Origin: Candidatus Gottesmanbacteria bacterium
GTDB taxonomy: Bacteria > Patescibacteriota > Microgenomatia > JAMCYU01
Length of the DNA stretch: 64,000 bases
Direction: 5' to 3'
NCBI GenBank assembly: GCA_043801155.1
Contig: JAZDMI010000021.1
Coordinates: forward strand, 2,683-66,682
This document shows positions 21,461-29,730 of the stretch, one piece after another (within the stretch, counting starts at the first letter, position 1; each line of letters starts with the position of its first letter). The notes beneath the pieces are model-generated. The model worked only from the letters and a program-made list of their open reading frames with translations. It did not search any database and was not told where the DNA came from. Position numbers and translations under genes: made by a program.

Positions 21461-22654
21461 ATGGCAGATGAAGCCAAGAAAAAATACGAGAGGAGTAAAC
21501 CTCATCTTAATATCGGAACTATTGGACATGTTGACCACGGTAAAACTACTTTAACCGCGGCCATTACTCAAGTTTTGGCAAAAAAAGGTTTTTCCAAAGC
21601 TTTGAAGTATGATGAAATTGATAACGCTCCGGAGGAAAAAGCCCGGGGATTGACGATTGCTATTTCTCATGTTGAGTATGAAACGGAAAAACGCCACTAT
21701 GCTCATATTGATTGTCCGGGACACGCCGATTATGTTAAAAACATGATTACCGGCGCCGCCCAGATGGATGGAGCCATATTAGTTGTCTCCGCTCCGGATG
21801 GACCGATGCCGCAAACCAGAGAACATGTACTTTTAGCCAGACAAGTTAATATTCCGGCGATGGTGGTATTTTTAAATAAAGTTGATATGGTTTCGGATCC
21901 GGAACTTCTTGATCTGGTCGAAATGGAAATCCGCGAGTTGTTAAAGAAATACAAATTTGACGGAGATAAAGTACCCATCATCCGCGGTTCAGCCCTAAAA
22001 GCCCTTGACGGAGACGCCAAGGCTGAAGAAGCAATCATGGAATTGATGAAAGCAGTTGATGAATATATTCCGACACCAACTCGAGACCTCGATAAACCAT
22101 TCTTAATGCCAATTGAAGACGTATTCTCAATCAAAGGCCGAGGAACGGTTGTTACCGGCCGGGTTGACCGGGGAAAGGTCAAAGTCAACGAGGAGCTAGA
22201 GATTGTTGGTATTAAAGCCACGACCAAAACAGTGGTTACCGGTGTTGAAATGTTTAGAAAAACTCTTGATGAGGGACAAGCCGGAGACAATATCGGAGTT
22301 TTGCTTCGGGGTGTTGAAAAAGACGATGTCGAGCGAGGCCAAGTCTTGGCCAAGCCGGGATCAATTACTCCTCATACAGAATTTGAGGCCGAAGTTTATG
22401 TTTTAACCAAGGATGAGGGAGGCCGTCATACGCCTTTCTTTACCGGTTATCGGCCGCAATTTTATCTCAGGACAACTGATGTTACCGGTGAAGTAACCTT
22501 ACCCAAGGGTGTGGAAATGGTTATGCCCGGTGACAATACCAAGATGATGATTAAACTGATTGTACCGGTAGCAATTGAAGAGGGTTTACGATTTGCTATT
22601 CGTGAAGGTGGTCATACCGTCGGCGCCGGAGCAGTTAGTAAGATTATTGCCTAA
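21461..22654 (+). CDS. tuf: elongation factor Tu
   Basis: '[15 protein letters not shown]', 'DCPGHADY', 'NKVD' motifs. Confidence 0.97.
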   Translation: MADEAKKKYERSKPHLNIGTIGHVDHGKTTLTAAITQVLAKKGFSKALKYDEIDNAPEEKARGLTIAISHVEYETEKRHYAHIDCPGHADYVKNMITGAAQMDGAILVVSAPDGPMPQTREHVLLARQVNIPAMVVFLNKVDMVSDPELLDLVEMEIRELLKKYKFDGDKVPIIRGSALKALDGDAKAEEAIMELMKAVDEYIPTPTRDLDKPFLMPIEDVFSIKGRGTVVTGRVDRGKVKVNEELEIVGIKATTKTVVTGVEMFRKTLDEGQAGDNIGVLLRGVEKDDVERGQVLAKPGSITPHTEFEAEVYVLTKDEGGRHTPFFTGYRPQFYLRTTDVTGEVTLPKGVEMVMPGDNTKMMIKLIVPVAIEEGLRFAIREGGHTVGAGAVSKIIA

Positions 22655-22703
22655 TTAGATATTGATATTAGGAATTAGGAATTGGTAATTAAGAATTTAT
22701 TTT

Positions 22704-23012
22704 ATGCCAAAAGGCAGAATCCGTGTACGTTTAAAAGCTTATGACAGTCGGGTTTTAGATGCTTGCTGTCAGCAAATCCTTGATACGGCCGTACGGACCG
22801 GCGCTAAGGTCGTGGGTCCGATACCACTGCCAACAGACAAATCCCGTTATTCTGTTCCCAAATCCCCGTTTACCGACAAAGACAGCCGCGAAGATTTCCA
22901 AATAAGAACACATAAAAGATTAATTGATATCCTTGAGCCAACCGATAAAACCATTGATCAACTGGCCCACCTCGATCTACCTGCAGGAGTTGACATTGAA
23001 ATAAAGATGTAG
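22704..23012 (+). CDS. rpsJ: 30S ribosomal protein S10
   Basis: '[15 protein letters not shown]' S10 signature. Confidence 0.93.
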   Translation: MPKGRIRVRLKAYDSRVLDACCQQILDTAVRTGAKVVGPIPLPTDKSRYSVPKSPFTDKDSREDFQIRTHKRLIDILEPTDKTIDQLAHLDLPAGVDIEIKM

Positions 23013-23028
23013 ATCCCCACACTAATTT
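23013..23028. repeat. left arm of a 16-bp perfect inverted repeat bracketing the GIY-YIG ORF
   Basis: ATCCCCACACTAATTT at 23013-23028; reverse complement at 23298-23313. Confidence 0.8.
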
Positions 23029-23031
23029 CCT

Positions 23032-23289
23032 ATGTTTTATGTATACATTTTAAAAAGCAAAAAAGATGGAAATTTATACACAGGATCAACCAATGATTTA
23101 AAACGCCGTATTGAAGAACATAATTCAGGTTTAGTTTATTCGACGAAAAACCGAAAGCCATTTAAGTTAATATACTATGAAGCATATAGTGATGAAAGTG
23201 ATGCTAGAAATAGAGAGCACAATTTAAAGTTAAGAGCAAAAGCCCTAGGTCAATTAAAAAGAAGGATAAAGGAAAGTCTATCTAAATAA
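23032..23289 (+). CDS. GIY-YIG nuclease superfamily protein (YhbQ/UPF0213-like)
   Basis: 'FYVYILKSKKDGNLYTGSTNDLKRRIEEHNSG' canonical GIY-YIG N-terminus. Confidence 0.8.
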   Translation: MFYVYILKSKKDGNLYTGSTNDLKRRIEEHNSGLVYSTKNRKPFKLIYYEAYSDESDARNREHNLKLRAKALGQLKRRIKESLSK

Positions 23290-23297
23290 TATAAATA

Positions 23298-23313
23298 TAA
23301 TTAGTGTGGGGAT
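23298..23313. repeat. right arm of the 16-bp inverted repeat
   Basis: AAATTAGTGTGGGGAT. Confidence 0.8.
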
Positions 23314-23315
23314 AA

Positions 23316-23663
23316 ATGTCTGATATACAAAAATTAACCCAGCAAATTCTAAAATTTCGCAATAAAAGGGATTGGAAGCATTTCCATTATCCTAAGGACA
23401 TGGCCATTTCTTTGGCACTGGAGGCGGCCGAGGTTCTGGAACATTTTCAATGGAAAACCCAGGAAGAAGTTGAAGCGTATCTGAAGACGCATAAAACTCA
23501 TATCGCTGACGAACTGGCCGATGTTTTGTGGTGGGTGCTATTAATGAATCATGATTTGAATATTGATGTGATGAGGGCTTTCGATAAAAAATTAAAAATC
23601 AACGAAGAAAAATATCCGGTTGATAAAGCCAAGGGTACACATAAAAAATATACCGAGTTGTAA
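23316..23663 (+). CDS. MazG-like nucleotide pyrophosphohydrolase
   Basis: Two EExxE/D-like helices ('EAAEVLEHFQWK', 'ELADVLWWVLLM'). Confidence 0.6.
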   Translation: MSDIQKLTQQILKFRNKRDWKHFHYPKDMAISLALEAAEVLEHFQWKTQEEVEAYLKTHKTHIADELADVLWWVLLMNHDLNIDVMRAFDKKLKINEEKYPVDKAKGTHKKYTEL

Positions 23664-23761
23664 GATGATATCTTTTATTTCTCAATAAATACTCTGACTT
23701 TAACTTCAATATTTGACCTCGGTGTTAAAATAGTAATTATTAGAATTATTAGGAGGCATAT

Positions 23762-23956
23762 ATGAGATATGAAAATAATTGTATGCATCCTGCCATTGTT
23801 TATATTCCGGATCTTAGGCCAGGGTCATATGATGCTAATGGTTTAATGGTTGGGTCACTGAAACATATTCCAAAAGAAAAAATTCAAAAGACAGATGTTT
23901 CAGCTAAATATAGACGAATAGGGCCTCCGATTCGTATTGTTGCCAAAGGGTATTAA
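23762..23956 (+). CDS. hypothetical small protein
   Basis: SD 'aggaggcatatATG'; no recognisable motif. Confidence 0.35.
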   Translation: MRYENNCMHPAIVYIPDLRPGSYDANGLMVGSLKHIPKEKIQKTDVSAKYRRIGPPIRIVAKGY

Positions 23957-23983
23957 ATTATTAATTTTCAATGTCGGCAACAT

Positions 23984-24358
23984 CTACTCTTTGTTTTTTT
24001 CTAATTCGTCTTTAATTTGCGGAGCGATATTATCCAAGAAAATCTGATCAACAAGTTCTTCGGTTATATGAGCTTCTCTTGGCCCAAAATGCTGCATAAA
24101 AACATGATGTTGCCCTATTTTATCCGGACTTAATTGTATTTGACAATAAGTATTGGGGAAGCTGCGGTGGATAAAATTACAAATGATTGTTCCACTTTTA
24201 AGCATAACTGTTTCCCATACAGAAATTTGATTTGGTTTCAAATCTTTATGTTTTGGAACTGGAATATCCTCTCCGACGAGCAGATAAACATCAGGCCAAT
24301 CTAAAGGATTGTACTCATTAAGAGAAATTGGTTGTCTTTCTTGTTTAGAGTTATTCAT
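23984..24358 (-). CDS. hypothetical protein
   Basis: ORF preceded on its own strand by a copy of the duplicated promoter/start module (24381-24454). Confidence 0.45.
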   Translation of the reverse strand: MNNSKQERQPISLNEYNPLDWPDVYLLVGEDIPVPKHKDLKPNQISVWETVMLKSGTIICNFIHRSFPNTYCQIQLSPDKIGQHHVFMQHFGPREAHITEELVDQIFLDNIAPQIKDELEKNKE

Positions 24359-24380
24359 ATTTAAACTTGTTCTCGAGCTT

Positions 24381-24454
24381 CAGGATTTATTGACATAAGA
24401 AAGATATTCTACACATTCAAGTTATAATATACAAATCCTGACTAATTCCCACAT
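24381..24454 (-). repeat. copy 1 of an approximately 75-nt promoter plus start-codon module (reading on the minus strand: TTGTAT, 17 nt, TAGAAT ... ATGTCAATAAATCCTGAA, then a stop after 11 codons)
   Basis: About 85% identical to 25968-26041. Confidence 0.7.
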
Positions 24455-24550
24455 CGGTATTCTACCGAAACGGCTTTCCATATAAATGTGCCATTTCTGA
24501 GTGAGACACACTATGATAAAATGGGAACAATAACGGAAAGAAATTAACAC

Positions 24551-25057
24551 ATGTCTAAAACAAAAACAAATGAAATTGTTTATGCATTTATAGATAGCCA
24601 GAATCTCAATTTAGGAGTCAGGAGTCAAAATTGGATTTTAGATTTTGACCGTTTTCGTGTTTATTTAAAAGAAAAGTACGGAACAAAGAAAGCATTTTTG
24701 TTTATAGGTTATGTTGAAGGCAATCAAAGCTTATACACATATTTACAAAAATCCGATTATATATGCATATTTAAGCCTACGTTGGAACTTAATAAAAATA
24801 AAAAAGTAAGAATAAAAGGTAATGTTGATGCTGAATTAGTGCTTCATTCGATGATAGAGTATCCCAATTATGATAAGGCTATAGTTGTTTCCGGTGATGG
24901 AGACTTTCATTGTTTGGTGGAGTATTTAAAGGAGAAAAATAAGCTATTGAAAATAATTGTTCCAAATAGAAAATATTCTTCCCTGCTTAGAGAATTTAGT
25001 AACTATATAGTTAATATAGGGTTGATGCGAAGCAAGTTAGAATTGAGAAAGAAATGA
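24551..25057 (+). CDS. NYN-domain (LabA-like, PIN-related) putative RNase
   Basis: 'VYAFIDSQNL...FLFIGY...VVSGDGDFHCLVEYL' NYN signature. Confidence 0.65.
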   Translation: MSKTKTNEIVYAFIDSQNLNLGVRSQNWILDFDRFRVYLKEKYGTKKAFLFIGYVEGNQSLYTYLQKSDYICIFKPTLELNKNKKVRIKGNVDAELVLHSMIEYPNYDKAIVVSGDGDFHCLVEYLKEKNKLLKIIVPNRKYSSLLREFSNYIVNIGLMRSKLELRKK

Positions 25058-25198
25058 AAAGAGAGGCATTCCCTCGGGACGAAACCCTTTGGTAGTCCTC
25101 TCATCGTGATAAAAACATTATACTAAATTTACCTCACTACTGTCAAATACTGTATAGTCTCAGAGGGAAAAAGCATTTTTCTACTTAATGTTTAAAGC

Positions 25199-25570
25199 TT
25201 ATAATTTGGGGAAAATTCCCGAGCTCATCACTTCAATAGCTCTAAGAATAGCTTCCCGGGATTCTTTAGTAGGTTGCACGTCGTCAATAATTGAATCATT
25301 TAGTTTGTATTTTGGCAATAATCTTCTGGCCGCGGCAATAAATTGTGTCTCGAATTCCATTGTCATTTCTCTATTAGGAACACTTTCGAAACCCGGAGAA
25401 TTAAGTATTTCCAGATATGTTTTTGCAGTTCTGACATTACCTTTCAGAGCATCTTGATCTAAAAGAAGCGTAGAACTTCCCCAAGGATCCCTTTCTAATA
25501 ACTTTTGGGCGACGACCCGATCATAAACTTCTGCACGTATATTTTTAAATGTTTCACTGGCATTTGACAT
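25199..25570 (-). CDS. hypothetical small protein, paralogue A of the tandem pair
   Basis: About 40% identity to 25620..25982 ('DPxxxSxLxLDQxAL...YLEILNSxGxExxPxR...RLxPKYxL'); start placed at the ATG (MSNASE) homologous to the MSINPE/MAINPE starts. Confidence 0.5.
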   Translation of the reverse strand: MSNASETFKNIRAEVYDRVVAQKLLERDPWGSSTLLLDQDALKGNVRTAKTYLEILNSPGFESVPNREMTMEFETQFIAAARRLLPKYKLNDSIIDDVQPTKESREAILRAIEVMSSGIFPKL

Positions 25571-25619
25571 AAGAGGCACATTCTACCTTATTTAGGAAAA
25601 AAAGTATTCCCCTTTAAAT

Positions 25620-25982
25620 TTATTTTTGATTATTAGCTATATATAGAAAAACACCTGCCCGGCAAATTTGGTCTGGTTTGATTTTTTCTAAATAATCCGG
25701 CTTAAGTCCGTATTTTGGTATTAATCTCGAAACGGCATCAATTAAAGATGTCTCACGTTTTAAAAAATCTGCCCGATCAGGAAAGTTCTCATAGCCGGAT
25801 GAATTTAAAATTTCGATAATAGCTTTTGATACCATAACGTGTTCGATTAAGGCAAACTGGTCTAGGATAAGAGAACTTCTATTACAAGGATCCGGAACAA
25901 GGACTGATCTCGCCAGGTAAATATCAGTCATGATCTCAGGTGTTAAACCTAGTTGTTCTAGAGTTTCAGGATTTATTGCCAT
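25620..25982 (-). CDS. hypothetical small protein, paralogue B
   Basis: See paralogue A; its start codon lies inside repeat copy 2. Confidence 0.5.
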   Translation of the reverse strand: MAINPETLEQLGLTPEIMTDIYLARSVLVPDPCNRSSLILDQFALIEHVMVSKAIIEILNSSGYENFPDRADFLKRETSLIDAVSRLIPKYGLKPDYLEKIKPDQICRAGVFLYIANNQK

Positions 25983-26041
25983 AAGAGAGATATTCTACAT
26001 ATTTGAGTTATAATATACAAATTCTGCCAAATTCCCATCTC
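25968..26041 (-). repeat. copy 2 of the promoter plus start module (TTGTAT, 17 nt, TAGAAT ... ATGGCAATAAATCCTGAA = MAINPE start of 25620..25982)
   Basis: Aligns base-by-base with 24381-24454. Confidence 0.7.
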
Positions 26042-26151
26042 TAAATTTATCTATGTCTCGGATAATAACTCATTAAAATGTATAGGCCAGCCACGTACAG
26101 TCGCCGAAATCCCGTTAATTAGACCCATATTACGGTTATATTAACGGTATA

Positions 26152-26183
26152 TTGACAAAATATCGTTAATATGTTAACATATT
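26152..26183 (+). promoter_or_regulatory. Fic promoter with overlapping 16-bp perfect palindrome (candidate operator); near-leaderless start
   Basis: TTGACA(26152), 17 nt, TAACAT; palindrome AATATGTTAACATATT 26168-26183 abuts the GTG/ATG start; CGTTAAT half-site repeats at about 26112, 26143, 26164 and 26195. Confidence 0.45.
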
Positions 26184-27056
26184 GTGATGAGATTAACGCG
26201 GTTACAGGTGATTTCTGAACTGTTTGCCCAGTACCAGACAAAAAAAATAAACAAAGAATCTCTTCTTTCTATGGTCGATGATGTGGAAATTGCAGAGAGG
26301 GTCTACAACTCCAATGCCATAGAAAACTCGACACTCACCTTGCCCGAAACGGAAAAAATCCTGCTTCAGCTTGAAGTGAATAGGCATATATCGCTTAGAG
26401 AAGTTTTTGAGGCAAAAAATTTAGCCCAAGTCTACAACTATATTAAAAATACTGCCCCTCAAAAACCACTTTCCCTAGATATGATTTTATTACTTCATAA
26501 AATCCTGCTTACCAATATCCGTGATGAAGTTGCAGGACAGTTTCGTACGGGAAACGAAATGGTGCGGGTAGGAAATCACATCGGCATACCCTCGGAATTT
26601 ATAAGTCAAAGGATTCAAGAAATGCTCGTTCAATATAATTCAGACATGGAAATTTCCTTTATTCATAAAATTGGCCGTTTACATGCGGAGTTTGAAAGTA
26701 TTCACCCTTTTATTGACGGAAATGGCAGGATCGGACGAGTTCTTAATAACTATTTACTTATCCGTGAAGGATTTCCTCCGATTATCGTTAGAAATAAAGA
26801 TAAAGAAACTTATTATGATGCCCTGCGTTCATATGACACTTCGCATAATTTTAAACCAATGATGCGCATAGTTGAGTTAGCTGTTTTAGAATCTTTTCAT
26901 AAACGTCTGGCTTACCTTGAGGGACAGCGGATAATTCCTCTTACTGAATATGCGGCTACTCAAAAAAGATCTTTCCATACTCTTTTAAATTCAAGCCGTC
27001 GTCAAACTATTCCTGCTTTTCGCGAGAAAGGCGTCTGGAAAATCGGAGTAAAATAG
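26184..27056 (+). CDS. Fic/Doc family protein, class II-like with N-terminal inhibitory motif
   Basis: 'HPFIDGNGRIGR' Fic active-site motif; N-terminal 'SNAIEN' fits the (S/T)xxxE(G/N) autoinhibitory motif. Confidence 0.85.
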   Translation: MMRLTRLQVISELFAQYQTKKINKESLLSMVDDVEIAERVYNSNAIENSTLTLPETEKILLQLEVNRHISLREVFEAKNLAQVYNYIKNTAPQKPLSLDMILLLHKILLTNIRDEVAGQFRTGNEMVRVGNHIGIPSEFISQRIQEMLVQYNSDMEISFIHKIGRLHAEFESIHPFIDGNGRIGRVLNNYLLIREGFPPIIVRNKDKETYYDALRSYDTSHNFKPMMRIVELAVLESFHKRLAYLEGQRIIPLTEYAATQKRSFHTLLNSSRRQTIPAFREKGVWKIGVK

Positions 27057-27065
27057 GAGAAAATC

Positions 27066-27104
27066 AAAAAAGTCAAAAGAGAGGAAAGAGGAGAGAGAAA
27101 AATT
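27066..27104 (+). repeat. GA-rich leader repeat, copy 1 (upstream of the GNAT gene)
   Basis: aaaaagtcaaaagagaggaaagaggagagagaaaaattt; near-identical copy at 27584-27623. Confidence 0.6.
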
Positions 27105-27106
27105 TA

Positions 27107-27577
27107 ATGAAAATAAATAAACAAATAAAAATCGAAAAACTTACCGAGAAGAGGTTTAATGAAGCGGTTAATTTGGTTTTGGTCGCCAACCTTGATACGC
27201 GGGAAGAAATTGAACATCACCTAAAACATCTGGATGCCCATTATATTGCCCTTGATAATGATAAAATTGTCGGAGTTATCGGTTGGTATCAGGATAATGT
27301 TCATTATGCCAATGAGGCTATGGGTGATAAATTTCCCGGAGAAGAGGCCTACTGGGTGGGATTTTTTACCACTGATAAAAATTACCGGAGGCAGGGAATT
27401 GGTTTTGCCCTGCTTCAAAAATTGGAGCAGGTAATAAAAGAAAAAGGAGAGGATAAAATTTGGGTATCCTCGGTGCCGGAAACAAAAGACTATTATCAAA
27501 GACAAGGATTTGAATTAGTTTTAATGGGATATATCAACGGCAACCAAAAATGTTTTATGGTTAAAAAACTTCAGTAA
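27107..27577 (+). CDS. GNAT family N-acetyltransferase
   Basis: 'YRRQGIGFALL' acetyl-CoA binding motif A. Confidence 0.7.
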   Translation: MKINKQIKIEKLTEKRFNEAVNLVLVANLDTREEIEHHLKHLDAHYIALDNDKIVGVIGWYQDNVHYANEAMGDKFPGEEAYWVGFFTTDKNYRRQGIGFALLQKLEQVIKEKGEDKIWVSSVPETKDYYQRQGFELVLMGYINGNQKCFMVKKLQ

Positions 27578-27583
27578 AAATTA

Positions 27584-27623
27584 AAAAAGTCAGAAGAGAG
27601 AGGAAAGAAGAGAGAGGAAAATT
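27584..27623 (+). repeat. GA-rich leader repeat, copy 2 (upstream of hsdM)
   Basis: aaaaaagtcagaagagagaggaaagaagagagaggaaaatt. Confidence 0.6.
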
Positions 27624-29099
27624 ATGTTTGAACAATCATTTAAAAATATTGATGATATTCTTCACCGGGATGCCGGATGCGCCACGGAATTAGATTATAT
27701 AGAACAAACTTCATGGATTCTATTCTTGAAATACCTTGATGATTTAGAGGAAACAAAAAGGAAAGAAGCGGTTTTAAAAAATAGACAATATGAATATATT
27801 ATTGCTCCTGAATTTCGCTGGAGCGCTTGGGCGGAACCAAAAACGAAAGATGGCAAATTAGATATGAATAAGGCGTTAACCGGAGACGATCTAAGAGACT
27901 TTGTAAATTTAAAACTTTTTCCATATCTTAAGAAATTTAAAATCGACAATAACGAGAATCAAACAACTATTGAATATAAAATTGGAGAAATTTTCAGTGA
28001 GCTAAAAAACAGGATTGAAAGCGGATACAGACTTCGTGAAATTCTTAACATTGTAGATACGATGCATTTTCGAACCGATAGCGATAAACACGAACTCTCA
28101 CATCTTTATGAAGCTAAAATTAAGAACATGGGAAATGCCGGACGAAACGGCGGAGAATATTACACTCCTCGTCCGCTTATTAAAACGATAGTTAAGGTGG
28201 TAATCCCAAAGATTGGCGATACTATATATGATGGAGCCTGCGGATCTGCCGGATTTCTAGTAGAGTCTTTTGATTATCTTAAACAAAGTAAAGAATTATC
28301 TACCTCAGAATCCGTAAAGCTACAAAATAATACTTTTTACGGTAAGGAAATAAAATCACTTGCATATATTATCGGTGTTATGAATATGATTCTTCATGGT
28401 ATTGAAGCGCCGAATATTCTCCATACAAATACGCTTGCTCAAAACATCAATGATATCGAGGAAAAAGATCGGGTTGACGTAATCCTTACGAATCCGCCAT
28501 TTGGTGCAGGAATAGGTCGGGAAATTCAGCAAAATTTTCCGATAAAAACCGGCGAGACGGCATATCTTTTCCTCCAACACTTTATCAAAATGCTCAAAGC
28601 CGGAGGAAAAGCCGGAGTGGTGATTAAAAATACTTTTCTTTCTAATACTGATAACGCATCCGCTTCGCTTCGTAAACGTCTTCTTGAGAGTTGTAATCTT
28701 CACACCGTGCTTGATTTGCCTGGCGGCGTCTTTACGGGAGCAGGTGTAAAAACCGTGGTATTGTTTTTTGAAAAAGGCTCGCCAACCAAAAAAGTATGGT
28801 TCTATCAGTTAAACCTTGACCGCAATCTAGGCAAAGGTAATCCCTTAAGCGAAGCGGATCTATCAGAATTCGTCGAACTGCAAAAAACCAAAGCAGGTAG
28901 CAAAAATTCTTGGAGCGTAGACATAAAAGATATTAATCAAACAACATTTGATTTATCGGTAAAGAATCCAAACAAAGGGAGAGAAGTAACCCTACGCGAA
29001 CCGAAAGAGATTTTGGAGGGAATGAGGAAGCTAGACAAGGAAAGTGAAAATACATTTAAGATTATTAAAAACATATTAAATACTGGAATAAATGAATAA
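27624..29099 (+). CDS. hsdM: type I restriction-modification system, N6-adenine DNA methyltransferase subunit
   Basis: 'LTNPPFGAG' motif IV, 'YDGACGSAGFL' motif I, HsdM N-terminal domain. Confidence 0.9.
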   Translation: MFEQSFKNIDDILHRDAGCATELDYIEQTSWILFLKYLDDLEETKRKEAVLKNRQYEYIIAPEFRWSAWAEPKTKDGKLDMNKALTGDDLRDFVNLKLFPYLKKFKIDNNENQTTIEYKIGEIFSELKNRIESGYRLREILNIVDTMHFRTDSDKHELSHLYEAKIKNMGNAGRNGGEYYTPRPLIKTIVKVVIPKIGDTIYDGACGSAGFLVESFDYLKQSKELSTSESVKLQNNTFYGKEIKSLAYIIGVMNMILHGIEAPNILHTNTLAQNINDIEEKDRVDVILTNPPFGAGIGREIQQNFPIKTGETAYLFLQHFIKMLKAGGKAGVVIKNTFLSNTDNASASLRKRLLESCNLHTVLDLPGGVFTGAGVKTVVLFFEKGSPTKKVWFYQLNLDRNLGKGNPLSEADLSEFVELQKTKAGSKNSWSVDIKDINQTTFDLSVKNPNKGREVTLREPKEILEGMRKLDKESENTFKIIKNILNTGINE

Positions 29100-29730
29100 T
29101 TTATTAGCCTTGTTAGAGAAATATCAGACCCAAAATATTATCGCCGTCATAGCTTTAATATTGGCTTATTTAGCGTACAGAAAATCGGTTATTGATGAGT
29201 ATAGGAGTTGGTTGGATCTGGCAAAATCTTTCCAACACGAATTGAATTACGCAAAATATTGGATAGGAAATAGTTATGAAAAGATGATGAGTATAGATTG
29301 GTCGAATCCCTCCAGATTTGTTTATCCTCTTACCGCCGAAGCCGCGAAAGCGTTAATTTGGAAAGGACATCCGCCAAAGAGAATATTCCCAGATGATTTT
29401 TTTGATAAATTAGCTATATATAACGAACGTATTCAGGCATTTAACCATTTTTTAATGATTCAAGGAATCAATTATGTAGTGGCGGAAGTTGATAATAAAA
29501 ATGAAAAAATTTCAGAAAAAGCAAAGCATATTAATTATATCATCCATAATGATCTTATAGGTAGCCAGGATAATTATCACTTACACAATCTTTATAATTA
29601 TTTTAGTTGTCAATTGAAAATGATTGAAAAAGCAGATCTTTTGCTGATTCCATGGTATTTTAAATATCCTGAACGAATAGTTCTTGCTACTATTTTTATT
29701 TATATTATAGTTGATTATTTTATTCAGTGA
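29092..29730 (+). CDS. hypothetical membrane-associated protein embedded between hsdM and hsdS
   Basis: Start overlaps the hsdM stop and stop overlaps the hsdS start (translational coupling); N- and C-terminal hydrophobic helices; no known motif. Confidence 0.55.
   Translation: MNNLLALLEKYQTQNIIAVIALILAYLAYRKSVIDEYRSWLDLAKSFQHELNYAKYWIGNSYEKMMSIDWSNPSRFVYPLTAEAAKALIWKGHPPKRIFPDDFFDKLAIYNERIQAFNHFLMIQGINYVVAEVDNKNEKISEKAKHINYIIHNDLIGSQDNYHLHNLYNYFSCQLKMIEKADLLLIPWYFKYPERIVLATIFIYIIVDYFIQ

Noticed and set aside
21730-22353. 207-aa minus-strand ORF antisense to tuf, and similar antisense ORFs inside rpoB (6732..6914, 8823..9065, 9183..9380, 9615..9860), rpoC (10736..11134, 13093..13278, 13550..13738) and the P-type ATPase (16856..17068, 17204..17476, 17609..17968)
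   Set aside because: Fully embedded opposite highly conserved, clearly real genes; low-complexity Ser/Thr-rich translations; no start or RBS context. Typical spurious antisense frames.
22655-22703. TAGGAAT direct repeats (attaggaattaggaattggtaatt) between tuf and rpsJ
   Set aside because: Short low-complexity AT-rich repeat; likely part of the SD or spacer, with no further structure.
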